Below, piece after piece: positions 18,507 through 28,823 of a stretch of 64,000 bases of DNA. Source of the stretch: Zunongwangia sp. (GTDB taxonomy: Bacteria > Bacteroidota > Bacteroidia > Flavobacteriales > Flavobacteriaceae). The DNA is taken from positions 25,158 through 89,157 of the forward strand of contig NZ_JBLXIB010000012.1 of assembly GCF_048269745.1 (NCBI RefSeq), written 5' to 3'. The notes below the pieces were generated by a model. The model had not been told where the DNA came from. It worked only from the letters and a program-made list of their open reading frames with translations, and did not search any database. The stretch's first letter is position 1. Every line of letters starts with the position of its first letter. Position numbers and translations under genes: made by a program.

Positions 18507-19658
18507 ATGAAAATAGGAATTGTTTGTTATCCGACCTTTGGAGGAAGTGGGGTTGTAGCTACAGAATTAGGCTTAGCGCTTTCTAAACGTGGGCATGAAG
18601 TTCATTTTATTACTTATAAGCAGCCGGTCAGGTTAGATCAGCTATCAAGTAATGTTAAGTTTCATGAAGTCCATGTTCCTAATTATCCGCTCTTTCATTA
18701 TCAACCTTATGAACTGGCACTTAGCAGTAAGTTGGTAGATATGGTAAAATTGCACGAGATAGAAGTTCTACATGTACATTACGCAATACCACATGCTTAT
18801 GCAGGATATATGGCAAAAAAAATGTTGGAAGAAGAAGGAATTACGATACCTATGGTAACCACCTTGCATGGTACCGATATTACACTTGTAGGAAATCATC
18901 CTTTTTACAAGCCTGCTGTGACCTTCAGTATTAATGCTAGTGATGTGGTAACTTCAGTCTCTGAAAGTCTAAAAAAAGATACCTTAGAATTATTCAATAT
19001 TAAAAAAAATATTGAAGTAATTCCAAACTTTATAGATGTTTCAAAATACGATAGAAAAGGATTTAAAGATTGTCAACGTGAGATGATGGCGGAAAATAAT
19101 GAACGAATTATCACGCATATCAGTAATTTTAGAAAAGTAAAACGAATTCAAGACACCATCAAAGTTTTCTATCAGGTTCAAAAAAGAATTAACTCTAAAC
19201 TAATGATGGTTGGAGAAGGGCCTGAAAAAGAAAAAGCAGAAAAACTTGTAGAAGAACTAGGGATAGAAGATAAAGTGATGTTTTTAGGTGCGAGCTACGA
19301 GATAGATAAAATTTTATGTTTTACCGATCTGTTTTTGCTAACTTCAAAACGCGAAAGCTTTGGTTTAGCCGCTTTAGAAGCCATGATTAATAGTGTTCCT
19401 GTTGTTTCTTCTAACGCAGGCGGTTTACCAGAAGTTAATAAACAAGGGGTTTCCGGATATTTGTGTGATGTAGGAGATATTGATGATATGACGGAAAAAT
19501 CTTTATTGATAATTGAAGATCCAGAAAAATTAAAAGAGTTTAAGCGAAATGCTAAAAAAGTAGCAGAGACTTTTGATATTAATCATGTTGTTCCAAAATA
19601 TGAAGCAGTTTATCAGAACCTTTTAGAAAAAAAATCTATAAAAAAAATGGAATATTAA
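18507..19658 (+). CDS. bshA: N-acetyl-alpha-D-glucosaminyl L-malate synthase (bacillithiol biosynthesis glycosyltransferase, GT4)
   Basis: Near-colinear with B. subtilis BshA: KIGIVCYPTFGGSGVVATELG...HVHYAIPHA...TLHGTDIT...HISNFRKVKR...ESFGLAALEAM...GGLPEV. Confidence 0.85.
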   Translation: MKIGIVCYPTFGGSGVVATELGLALSKRGHEVHFITYKQPVRLDQLSSNVKFHEVHVPNYPLFHYQPYELALSSKLVDMVKLHEIEVLHVHYAIPHAYAGYMAKKMLEEEGITIPMVTTLHGTDITLVGNHPFYKPAVTFSINASDVVTSVSESLKKDTLELFNIKKNIEVIPNFIDVSKYDRKGFKDCQREMMAENNERIITHISNFRKVKRIQDTIKVFYQVQKRINSKLMMVGEGPEKEKAEKLVEELGIEDKVMFLGASYEIDKILCFTDLFLLTSKRESFGLAALEAMINSVPVVSSNAGGLPEVNKQGVSGYLCDVGDIDDMTEKSLLIIEDPEKLKEFKRNAKKVAETFDINHVVPKYEAVYQNLLEKKSIKKMEY

Positions 19659-19693
19659 TTCCACTTTTTTTATAGATTTTAATTTAAAGTCAA

Positions 19694-20185
19694 TTAGAAC
19701 TGGTATCTAAGACCAATTGCAAAATCTGGAGAAATATCATCTAAAGTCTGATAATCGTTAAAGCCAATTTCAGGGCGTAAATCTAACGACAATACTAGAG
19801 GAATATCAAAATTATATTCAATTCCAACATTACCCGCTAAAAGCAAATAAGCTCCATCGTTACGTAATGGATTATCATCACTCAAACTACCAAATCCTGC
19901 ACCTGCACCGGCATACCAATTAAATCCATTTTCTATATTCCAAACCCATTGGTAAAGACCAACTACTTTCACTAAATCGTAATTATTATTATTTCTCCAA
20001 GCGAGCCCAAATTCTAATCTGTTATTGTCAGCTCCAACAGCACGTTGATATGAAATTTCAGGTCCAAAACCTTCGTTTCCACCTAAACGTAATCCAATTG
20101 CGTTTTCGGAGATTTCTTGAGCCTCTACAGAGTTGCTTAACGAGACAAAACAAAAAATGCTTGCCAGTAAAAATAGTTTTTTCAT
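19694..20185 (-). CDS. Small outer-membrane beta-barrel protein (OmpW/porin-like, 8-strand type)
   Basis: Signal peptide, alternating hydrophobic beta-strands, and a C-terminal ...YQF aromatic terminus. Confidence 0.6.
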   Translation of the reverse strand: MKKLFLLASIFCFVSLSNSVEAQEISENAIGLRLGGNEGFGPEISYQRAVGADNNRLEFGLAWRNNNNYDLVKVVGLYQWVWNIENGFNWYAGAGAGFGSLSDDNPLRNDGAYLLLAGNVGIEYNFDIPLVLSLDLRPEIGFNDYQTLDDISPDFAIGLRYQF

Positions 20186-20304
20186 TGTTAATAGTTTTTA
20201 TTTGAAAACGCAAAATTAGATGATGAAGTGTGTCGAATTGCGATTTTTCGACCTAATCTATTGTTAATTATCTTTAAATAAATGTTAAGTAAGTTTCAAG
20301 GATT

Positions 20305-23247
20305 TTGTTTAATTTTAAAAGCTGTATGGAAAAGAATTTAGAAAAACTATCCCAGCAAATTGAGGGCCAATTATTTGATGATAAGTTGTGGCGATCTATT
20401 TATGCAACCGATGCTTCTGTTTATCGAGAACTACCACTAGCAGTATGTTATCCTAAAAATATAGCTGATATTAAGCAGCTTATTCATTTTGCCAGAAACA
20501 ACAACACTTCTTTAATTCCTAGAACAGCCGGAACATCTTTAGCCGGACAATGTGTGGGAAAAGGCATTGTGGTAGATGTTTCTAAACATTTCACAAAAGT
20601 TTTAGCCATAGATCCGGAGCAAAAAACAGTAACTTTGCAACCGGGAGTAATTCGAGATGATCTTAATCGAATTTTAAAACCTTACGGATTGTTTTTTGGT
20701 CCAAATACTTCTACATCAAACCGCTGTATGGTTGGTGGAATGGTAGGGAATAATAGTAGTGGTACTACTTCTATAAAATACGGAACAACACGCGAAAAGA
20801 CTCTTGCTCTAAAAACTATTTTAAGCGATGGTAGTGAAGCAGAATTTAAAGCCATATCAAAAGCAGAATTTCAACAAAAATTAACCTTAGAGAATTTAGA
20901 AGGAGATGTATATCGAACGATATATGATATTTTAAAATCTGAAGTTAACCGTTCTGAAATTATAAAAGAGTTTCCGCCTAGGGAGTTACATCGTAGAAAT
21001 ACAGGCTATGCTATAGACGAATTAATTTATTCTGAAATCTTTTCTGAAGATTCTAAAGAACTAATTAATATCTGCAATCTTTTAGCAGGAAGCGAAGGTA
21101 CTTTAGCTTTTACCACAGAAATCACATTGCAATTGGATGAATTGCCACCAGCACATACCGCAATGGTTGCCGCTCATTATAAAAGTATAGAGTCTTGTTT
21201 ACAAGATGTTGTTTGTACAATGGAACACTCGCTGTATACTTGCGAGATGATGGATAAAACCATTTTAGATTGTACCAAACAAAATATAAAATATCGAGAA
21301 AATCGATTTTTTATAGAAAACGACCCTGAAGCCATTTTAATGCTTGAAGTACGTGCTCAAGATGTTGACAGCCTACAAGAGAAAACAAAAAACTTGTTAA
21401 GTACTCTAGAAGAGAATGGCGTTAGTTATGCAAATCCTATTTTACATGGTGAACAAATAAACTTAGCGTTAGAATTACGAAAAGCCGGTTTAGGTTTATT
21501 AGCAAATATTGTGGGCGATAAAAAGGCAGTAGCATGTATAGAAGATACAGCTGTTGCATTGCCCGTATTAGCTAATTATATAAATGAGTTTAGCGGTATA
21601 ATGAAAACCTATAAACAGAATGCTGTATATTATGCTCATGCTGGTGCTGGCGAGCTACATTTACGCCCTATTTTAGATTTGAAGAAAGAAGAAGATGTTG
21701 CCCTTTTTAGAAAAATAACTACCGATGTTGCCAAATTAGTTAAAAAGTATAACGGATCTATGAGTGGGGAGCATGGAGATGGTCGTGTTCGTGCAGAATT
21801 TGTAGAATATATGATAGGTGCTAAAAATTATATGTTATTAAAACAAGTAAAAGCAGCATTCGATCCTAAAAATATATTTAATCCAGGGAAAATTATCGAT
21901 GCTCCGGCAATGGATACTTCGCTTCGATACGAAGTAGGACGTGAAGAACCAAAAATAAAAACACTCATGAATTTTGATGAAAATCATGGGATTTTACGAT
22001 TAGCAGAACAGTGTAATGGTAGCGGAGATTGTAGGAAATCGGCAGAAAGTGGTGGCACTATGTGCCCAAGTTATCGAGCTACAAAAAATGAAAAAGATAC
22101 CACTCGTGCTCGTGCGAACACACTCAGGGAGTTTTTAACACAATCTGATAAAGAAAATAAATTTAGTTATCAAGAAATAAAAGAAGCTTACGACTTGTGC
22201 CTAAGTTGTAAAGGCTGTAAAAGTGAATGCCCAAGTAGTGTAGATGTAGCTGCATTAAAAGCAGAATTTCAGTATCAATATCAAAAAGAAAAAGGTTTTT
22301 CTGCTCGTAATAAAGCTTTTGCCAATAATGGTAAGATGAATAAAATGGCATCAAAGATTCCATCCATAGCTAATTTTATGTTTACTAATAAAATTACATC
22401 TGGAATTGCAAAAAAGGTAATGGGTGTTGCACCAGAACGTACTTTACCAGCTTTATCTAAAACTACTTTAAATTCTTATTACAAGAAAAATAAATCGGTT
22501 TTAAAACCTGAAAATCCAATTAAAAAGGTTTATTTTTTTAATGATGAATTCACTAATTTTTTAGATGCTGAAATTGGTATACATGCGCTTGAATTATTAA
22601 GCAAATTAAATTACGAAGTGGTTTTTGTAGATCACGAAGAAAGTGGTCGTGCTCATATTTCAAAAGGATTTTTAGAGGAAGCTAAGAAAATGGCTAATAA
22701 TAATATAGAAATATTTGCGCCTATCATTTCTGAAGAACATGTGTTAATAGGTTTAGAACCTTCAGCTATTTTAACCTTTAGAGATGAATATTTACGTTTG
22801 GCAGATGATGTGAAAAAAGCTTCTGAATTATCGAAAAACTGTTTTATAATTGAAGAATTTCTAAAAAAAGAAATAGCATTAGGAAATATCCAAGCAAGCC
22901 AATTTACAGAAGAGGCAAAAACAATTAAAATTCATGGACATTGCCACCAAAAAGCATTGTCTAATACAGCAACTACATTTTCAATATTAAATCTTCCGAA
23001 GAATTATAAAGTGAGCATTATTCCATCTGGTTGCTGTGGAATGGCAGGATCCTTTGGTTACGAAAAAGAACATTACGAAGTTAGTATGGCGGTAGGGGAG
23101 CAAACTTTATTTCCTGCTGTTAGAAAAGCTTCTTTAGAAACAATTATATCTGCGAATGGAACAAGTTGTAGGCATCAGATTTATGATGGAACCCAACGAA
23201 AAGCAAAACATCCGGTTAGTATTTTGTTAGAAGCGCTTGTTGTATAG
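20305..23247 (+). CDS. ydiJ: FAD-binding and Fe-S/CCG-domain oxidoreductase, YdiJ homolog (putative D-2-hydroxyacid dehydrogenase)
   Basis: 980 aa. Aligns along its whole length with E. coli YdiJ: an FAD PCMH domain (SIYATDASVY...GPNTSTSNR...), a 4Fe-4S region (CNGSGDC, CLSCKGCKSECP) and a C-terminal CCG domain (CCGMAGSFGYEKEHYEVS). Confidence 0.8.
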   Translation: MFNFKSCMEKNLEKLSQQIEGQLFDDKLWRSIYATDASVYRELPLAVCYPKNIADIKQLIHFARNNNTSLIPRTAGTSLAGQCVGKGIVVDVSKHFTKVLAIDPEQKTVTLQPGVIRDDLNRILKPYGLFFGPNTSTSNRCMVGGMVGNNSSGTTSIKYGTTREKTLALKTILSDGSEAEFKAISKAEFQQKLTLENLEGDVYRTIYDILKSEVNRSEIIKEFPPRELHRRNTGYAIDELIYSEIFSEDSKELINICNLLAGSEGTLAFTTEITLQLDELPPAHTAMVAAHYKSIESCLQDVVCTMEHSLYTCEMMDKTILDCTKQNIKYRENRFFIENDPEAILMLEVRAQDVDSLQEKTKNLLSTLEENGVSYANPILHGEQINLALELRKAGLGLLANIVGDKKAVACIEDTAVALPVLANYINEFSGIMKTYKQNAVYYAHAGAGELHLRPILDLKKEEDVALFRKITTDVAKLVKKYNGSMSGEHGDGRVRAEFVEYMIGAKNYMLLKQVKAAFDPKNIFNPGKIIDAPAMDTSLRYEVGREEPKIKTLMNFDENHGILRLAEQCNGSGDCRKSAESGGTMCPSYRATKNEKDTTRARANTLREFLTQSDKENKFSYQEIKEAYDLCLSCKGCKSECPSSVDVAALKAEFQYQYQKEKGFSARNKAFANNGKMNKMASKIPSIANFMFTNKITSGIAKKVMGVAPERTLPALSKTTLNSYYKKNKSVLKPENPIKKVYFFNDEFTNFLDAEIGIHALELLSKLNYEVVFVDHEESGRAHISKGFLEEAKKMANNNIEIFAPIISEEHVLIGLEPSAILTFRDEYLRLADDVKKASELSKNCFIIEEFLKKEIALGNIQASQFTEEAKTIKIHGHCHQKALSNTATTFSILNLPKNYKVSIIPSGCCGMAGSFGYEKEHYEVSMAVGEQTLFPAVRKASLETIISANGTSCRHQIYDGTQRKAKHPVSILLEALVV

Positions 23248-23264
23248 TTTTAAGCTTTATTAAT

Positions 23265-23303
23265 CGATATTCGTAGAATTTTAAAGATATTTTACGAATA
23301 TCG
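23265..23303. terminator. Hairpin terminator between convergent ydiJ and the lpxH-like gene
   Basis: Perfect 11-bp inverted repeat cgatattcgta / tacgaatatcg with a 17-nt loop, followed by a gttttg tract. Confidence 0.5.
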
Positions 23304-23335
23304 GTTTTGAAATAGTAGTAAGCAGTAATAGCTGT

Positions 23336-24151
23336 TTATAAATTTTTACTTTGCTTTAATATAGTTATTGCAGTTAGTAATTGCGGATTATTGATTTGTT
23401 TTAAATTAAGTTCTGAAAAACTAATAAGCTCCCAACGTTTATCGTTATATTCTAATGCCGTTAAATTTTCTATCCAATCACCGGAATTTAAATAAAGGCA
23501 TGTTCCTTTTTTATTAGTTTTTCGGATGATTTTTGGCTGATGAATATGTCCACAAACCACATATTTATAATTATTTTCAATCGCTAAATCTGTTGCTGTT
23601 TTTTCAAAATCATCAATAAACTTAATAGCCCCTTTTACGCGATTTTTAATTTTTTTAGAAAGCGAATATTTTTTTCTCCCTAATTTGGTTAAGCACCAAT
23701 TTAAAAACCGATTTATTACTATCAATAAATCGTAGCCCCAACCACCTAATTTAGCGATCCATTTTGCATTTTGTATAGAAACATCGAAAACATCTCCATG
23801 AAAAAACCAAGCTTTTTTACCGTTAAGCTCTAAAACCAATTTATCGACTATTGAAAAAGAACCTAGAAAGGTGTCACTGAATTTACGCAACATTTCATCG
23901 TGGTTTCCAGTAATGTAAATAACCTCTGTACCGCTAGTGTTTAAATCGATAATTTTTTTGATTACTTCAAGGTGAGCTTTCGGAAAATAACGCTTTCTGA
24001 ATTGCCAAATATCAATAAAATCGCCATTCAAAATCAATTTTTTAGGCTGTACGCTTTCTAAATACATTAATAATTCTTTGGCATGACAACCAAAAGTTCC
24101 TAAGTGAACATCAGAAATTACTATTAAATCAATATTTCTTTTTTCAATCAA
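23336..24151 (-). CDS. UDP-2,3-diacylglucosamine diphosphatase LpxH-family metallophosphoesterase
   Basis: Motifs ISDVHLG, GDFIDIW, GNHD, HGD and GHIHQP sit in LpxH-like spacing. 271 aa. Confidence 0.65.
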   Translation of the reverse strand: MIEKRNIDLIVISDVHLGTFGCHAKELLMYLESVQPKKLILNGDFIDIWQFRKRYFPKAHLEVIKKIIDLNTSGTEVIYITGNHDEMLRKFSDTFLGSFSIVDKLVLELNGKKAWFFHGDVFDVSIQNAKWIAKLGGWGYDLLIVINRFLNWCLTKLGRKKYSLSKKIKNRVKGAIKFIDDFEKTATDLAIENNYKYVVCGHIHQPKIIRKTNKKGTCLYLNSGDWIENLTALEYNDKRWELISFSELNLKQINNPQLLTAITILKQSKNL

Positions 24152-24324
24152 TATTTTTCTATTTAGGGATAAAGAAACTGAAAATGTGTGTTTTAAGTGT
24201 TTCTTTCAGTTTAAAGAAGGTTTATTAAACTATTAATTGGTCGGTGCTTTTTTATCTAAATATTAATTGGAGTAACATTTTTAAATTATAGCCTAAAAAT
24301 TTACATTTGTTCAAAATCGAACTA

Positions 24325-25389
24325 ATGGCAGGAAATACCTTCGGTAAAATTTTCAAATTAACGACTTTCGGAGAGTCACATGGGCCAGCAATTGGAGGCA
24401 TAATAGATGGATGTCCGGCTGGTTTACAATTGGATTTAGAAGCAATACAAACAGAATTAAACCGGAGAAAACCCGGCCAATCGGCTATTGTAACACAGCG
24501 TAAAGAACCAGATGCAGTACAATTTTATTCTGGTATCTTTGAAGGAGAAACAACAGGAACACCAATTGGTTTTGTAATTCATAATTCCAATCAAAAATCG
24601 AAAGATTATTCACACATTAAAGATACCTTTCGTCCTTCTCACGCCGATTTTACATATACTGAAAAATACGGAGTTCGAGATTATCGAGGTGGAGGAAGAA
24701 GTTCTGCTCGCGAAACCGCAAGTAGAGTAGTAGCCGGAGCTATTGCAAAACAATTACTAAAAGATATTGAAGTAATAGCTTATGTAAATTCTGTAGGCAA
24801 AATAGGTTTAAATAAAACCTATCAGGAAGTAGATTTTTCAGAAATAGAAAAAAATCCGGTACGTTGTCCTGATGCAGCTAAAGCTCAAGAAATGGAAGCG
24901 TATATTAAACAAATCCGATCAGAAGGAGATACTGTAGGAGGAACTGTTTGCGGAGTAATTAGAAATGTTCCGGTAGGCTTAGGAGAACCGGTTTTTGATA
25001 AATTACATGCAGAGTTAGGAAAAGCAATGTTATCTATTAATGCTGTAAAAGGCTTTGAGTATGGAAGTGGTTTTTCAGGAACAGTTTTAAAAGGTAGCGA
25101 GCATAATGATTTGTTTAATGAAGATGGCTCTACCCAAACTAATTTAAGTGGCGGAATTCAAGGTGGAATTTCAAACGGTATGGATATCTATTTTACGGTA
25201 GCTTTTAAACCAGTAGCAACCATTATGCAAAATCAGGAAACAATTAATAGTAAGGGCGAAAAGGTAGCGATGCAAGGAAAAGGAAGACACGATCCTTGTG
25301 TGGTACCAAGAGCAGTACCGATTGTAGAAGCGATGGCAGCATTAACTATTACTGATTTTATGCTTCAAAATACTGCTTCAAAACTTTAA
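24325..25389 (+). CDS. aroC: Chorismate synthase
   Basis: [25 protein letters not shown]...[30 protein letters not shown] is canonical AroC. The start is set at the internal MAGNT, not the upstream ATG at 24307. Confidence 0.92.
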   Translation: MAGNTFGKIFKLTTFGESHGPAIGGIIDGCPAGLQLDLEAIQTELNRRKPGQSAIVTQRKEPDAVQFYSGIFEGETTGTPIGFVIHNSNQKSKDYSHIKDTFRPSHADFTYTEKYGVRDYRGGGRSSARETASRVVAGAIAKQLLKDIEVIAYVNSVGKIGLNKTYQEVDFSEIEKNPVRCPDAAKAQEMEAYIKQIRSEGDTVGGTVCGVIRNVPVGLGEPVFDKLHAELGKAMLSINAVKGFEYGSGFSGTVLKGSEHNDLFNEDGSTQTNLSGGIQGGISNGMDIYFTVAFKPVATIMQNQETINSKGEKVAMQGKGRHDPCVVPRAVPIVEAMAALTITDFMLQNTASKL

Positions 25390-25414
25390 AAAATCTAAGA
25401 ATAAACTAAACTAC

Positions 25415-26722
25415 ATGAAGAAATTAGCACTGCATTGGCAGATTTTATTGGGTATGCTTGCCGGAGTTGTTTTTGCACTTATTTTAACAAATTTTAGCTG
25501 GGGAGCTGAGTTTGTAAATGATTGGATTAAACCCTTTGGGAATATTTTTATAAACGCATTAAAATTAATTGCAGTTCCGCTGATTTTAGCTTCGTTAATT
25601 AAAGGAATTTCCGATTTAAAAGACATTTCTAAATTGTCTAAAATGGGAACCCGTACCATCGGTATTTATATCGTTACTACTGTCATTGCAGTAAGTATTG
25701 GTTTAGTAATGGTTAATGTAATTAAGCCAGGTTCTAACATTAATCAAGAAACTCGTGAAGATCTTATAGCTAGTTATGAAGGAGATGCTCTTAATGTACA
25801 ATCGGCAGCCCAAAAACAAAAAGATGCTGGACCTTTGCAGGCTTTAGAAGATTTAGTTCCGGGTAATATATTTGCTGCTGCTAGCGATAACGGAAATATG
25901 TTGCAGGTAATATTTTTTGCTATTTTCTTCGGAATTGGTTTAATATTAATACCTGAAGAACAATCAAAACCCGTCAAAGCCTTTTTTGATGGTTTTAATG
26001 AAGTAATTTTAAAACTGATTGATATCATTATGCTTTCCGCTCCATTTGGAGTATTTGCTCTATTGGCAGCTTTAGTGGTAGAATCACCTAGTCCCGATTT
26101 GTTCGAAGCATTAGCAATGTATGCGTTAACTGTAATTCTAGGCTTAGCTATAATGATAGGTATTTATGTGTTGATGGTATGGATATTCACTAAAAATAAA
26201 CCTAGTTTTTTTATAAACGGAATCTCTCCGGCACAATTATTAGCATTTTCTACAAGTTCGAGTGCTGCTACACTACCGGTAACTATGGAACGAGTGGAAG
26301 ATCATTTAGGCGTTCATGAAGAAGTTACCAGTTTTGTATTGCCAATAGGAGCAACCATAAATATGGATGGAACCAGTTTATATCAAGCAGTAGCTGCTGT
26401 ATTTATAGCACAAGCTTTTGGTATAGATCTAACAATAGGAGCGCAGTTGGGAATTATAGCAACAGCAACATTAGCCTCTATAGGTTCTGCTGCGGTACCA
26501 GGTGCCGGAATGGTCATGTTGGTAATTGTATTAGCACAAGCAGGTATCCCAGAAGCTGGTTTAGCCTTGATTTTTGCAATTGATAGGCCACTTGATATGT
26601 GTCGGACAACAGTTAACGTTACCGGAGATGCTGCAGTTTCAGTTATGGTTGCTAAATCAGTAAATATGATGGGACCGCCAAACGTAAAAACTTGGAAAAA
26701 AAAATCTGAAAATAGTCTTTAA
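25415..26722 (+). CDS. Dicarboxylate/amino acid:cation symporter (DAACS/GltP family)
   Basis: 435 aa polytopic membrane protein with family motifs (SSSAATLP, NMDGT, VNVTGDA). Confidence 0.85.
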   Translation: MKKLALHWQILLGMLAGVVFALILTNFSWGAEFVNDWIKPFGNIFINALKLIAVPLILASLIKGISDLKDISKLSKMGTRTIGIYIVTTVIAVSIGLVMVNVIKPGSNINQETREDLIASYEGDALNVQSAAQKQKDAGPLQALEDLVPGNIFAAASDNGNMLQVIFFAIFFGIGLILIPEEQSKPVKAFFDGFNEVILKLIDIIMLSAPFGVFALLAALVVESPSPDLFEALAMYALTVILGLAIMIGIYVLMVWIFTKNKPSFFINGISPAQLLAFSTSSSAATLPVTMERVEDHLGVHEEVTSFVLPIGATINMDGTSLYQAVAAVFIAQAFGIDLTIGAQLGIIATATLASIGSAAVPGAGMVMLVIVLAQAGIPEAGLALIFAIDRPLDMCRTTVNVTGDAAVSVMVAKSVNMMGPPNVKTWKKKSENSL

Positions 26723-26740
26723 TAGAGGGGGGATATTAAA

Positions 26741-26776
26741 AAAGGAAGGTATTTTTTTAATTACCTCCCTTTTTTA
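26741..26776. terminator. Rho-independent terminator after the symporter gene
   Basis: aggaaggta / tacctccct stem with a T-rich loop, followed by ttttt. Confidence 0.5.
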
Positions 26777-26949
26777 TGTGTAATAGTTTGAATTAGCCAA
26801 CATAAATATATAAAAATATTTTATATAATTTAGGTTAAACCGTGAATTTCAGAAAATGACAATTATAAGATATTATTATAATAATCTATTAATAAAATTT
26901 ATTTTTTATTGACATTTTTTAGTGTATCAAATCAGTTTTTTAATTTTAT

Positions 26950-27957
26950 TTAGCTCACTTTTACTATAATTTTTCCTAGCTGTTGATTTGATTCCATATA
27001 TTCATGAGCTTTTACAATATCTTCAAAATCAAAAACTTTATCTATCGTTGGTTTTAATTTACCATTTTCTAAAGCGTTATAAACAAATTCTCGAGCTGGT
27101 TTTAATTTTTCAGGATCTGTAGATATATCTAATAGAATATATCCTTGAATATGAAGTCTTTTTTGCAATAATTGTCCAAAAGGAAATTCAGCAGGTTTCC
27201 CTGATAAAGATCCGTATTCAATAATTTTCGCTTGTGGTGCTGCTGCTTTTGCCAATGTCTCAATCATCGGACCGCCTATGGGGTCAAACGCAATACTCGC
27301 ACCATTACCAGTAATTTCCATAACGCGTTCTACTAAGTCTTCAGTATCAGTTACAATTACATGATCGGCGCCAGCATCTAATAATTGTTGTTTTTTGTTT
27401 TCTTTTCGTGTGGTAGCAATAGCAATTCCGCCTTTAATTTTAGTTAAAGCAATTGCTGCAAAACCAACACTACTACTAGCCGCAGTAATTAATACGGTAT
27501 CATCTGTTTTTAAACCTCCATTCTCTATAAGACCTCCGTAAGCAGTTATGAAAGGCATCCAAATTCCAGCAGCCTCAATCGAAGAAAGGGAAGAAGGATA
27601 ATGACTTACTGAATGCTCAGGAACTATAGTTGTTTCGCCATATGTTCCATAATCATTCATTGAGAATGATGGAATTGTACTAACTTTATCTCCTACTTTT
27701 ACAGAAGTTACTTTGCTACCTATTGCCTCTACAATTCCACTTGCTTCATATCCAAGCCGAGAGGGTAATTTTGGTTTTTCTAAATATTGTCCGCTTCTAT
27801 AAGCTACTTCGGCACGGTTTAAGCCTAATGCTTCAACTTTTAATCTTACTTCATTTTCTTTAGGTTCTACAAGATCTATTTCTTCAATTTTTAAAACGTC
27901 AGCAGAACCGGTTTCATTAAATTGTACAATTCTTGTTTTTTTATCGGTAGTATTCAT
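26950..27957 (-). CDS. NADPH:quinone reductase / zinc-independent MDR-family oxidoreductase
   Basis: 335 aa. MDR fold with a Rossmann GxxGxxG-like ASSSVGFAA motif, and quinone oxidoreductase-like N- and C-termini. Confidence 0.75.
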   Translation of the reverse strand: MNTTDKKTRIVQFNETGSADVLKIEEIDLVEPKENEVRLKVEALGLNRAEVAYRSGQYLEKPKLPSRLGYEASGIVEAIGSKVTSVKVGDKVSTIPSFSMNDYGTYGETTIVPEHSVSHYPSSLSSIEAAGIWMPFITAYGGLIENGGLKTDDTVLITAASSSVGFAAIALTKIKGGIAIATTRKENKKQQLLDAGADHVIVTDTEDLVERVMEITGNGASIAFDPIGGPMIETLAKAAAPQAKIIEYGSLSGKPAEFPFGQLLQKRLHIQGYILLDISTDPEKLKPAREFVYNALENGKLKPTIDKVFDFEDIVKAHEYMESNQQLGKIIVKVS

Positions 27958-28064
27958 AGCTATTTATTTTGACGTAAATTTCTAAATTCGTGTATTTGAT
28001 GACAAAAAAATTAGTATAAATAACAAAGTATTATAATTTATTTTAGCTTTAGGAAGCTTGTATT

Positions 28065-28823
28065 TTATTTAAAATTCTCTCTTAATTTCATGAATTCTTG
28101 TTCTAGAAAATTTAGTTTTTGTTCTAGTTCTGTATTTTGATTTTCCGGAAGATGTTTTAAAAAACAATACTTTACACACCACATTTCTTTTATGTCATTT
28201 AATTTAATCTCAAGATCATCGATGTTTTTGTTTGTAGCCTGCAAGGTTATTTTTTCTGAAGTTTGATAAAATTTGCGTAGTAAAATTTTATGGGTAGTAA
28301 CTAATAAGATTAAGCTACTATTTTCAATTTTAGAATAATCTTCAGTTTCAATTTTCTCACCTATAATTACGTCTTTAGGAAAATATCCCTTATCGTTATT
28401 GGTCATTTCTAAATTAGATATCAAGTAACCTCTGTATTTTTTTTCTCGGTTTAATGGTAAATGTAATTTAGGAAGATCTTCTATAAAATGTGGTTTATCA
28501 AAATATAAAACATAATCTGTTTCAGTTTTAGGAGTAATGCAGGGAATTCTAGCGAATTTTTCTTTATCGAAGCTTCCCTGTAATGCTAGATCGTCTTTAA
28601 ACTTCAAAAGTTTATTTACAGTAAGTTCTTTGGTTAACAAGTCATCTATGGTAATGCTAAAATGGTTAGCTATTTTTATAATAGTTTCTATCCTAGGTTC
28701 ACTACGTTCCTCCTCGTAAGCACCCAAAGTACCACGCTTTAGTTCGAATAATTCGGCAAAAGCCTGCTGACTTAATTTCTTTACATTTCTTATTTTCCTA
28801 ATATTCTTACCGAAATACGACAT
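28065..28823 (-). CDS. XRE-family helix-turn-helix transcriptional regulator with a C-terminal LexA/S24-like beta domain (the catalytic Ser is not evident)
   Basis: N-terminal HTH_3 (IRKIRNVKKLSQQAFAELFELKRGTLGAYEEERSEP...IANHFSITIDDL). The C-terminal roughly 150 aa resemble an S24-type fold, but the GDSM serine is not conserved. Divergent from the PspA-flotillin cluster. Confidence 0.6.
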   Translation of the reverse strand: MSYFGKNIRKIRNVKKLSQQAFAELFELKRGTLGAYEEERSEPRIETIIKIANHFSITIDDLLTKELTVNKLLKFKDDLALQGSFDKEKFARIPCITPKTETDYVLYFDKPHFIEDLPKLHLPLNREKKYRGYLISNLEMTNNDKGYFPKDVIIGEKIETEDYSKIENSSLILLVTTHKILLRKFYQTSEKITLQATNKNIDDLEIKLNDIKEMWCVKYCFLKHLPENQNTELEQKLNFLEQEFMKLRENFK

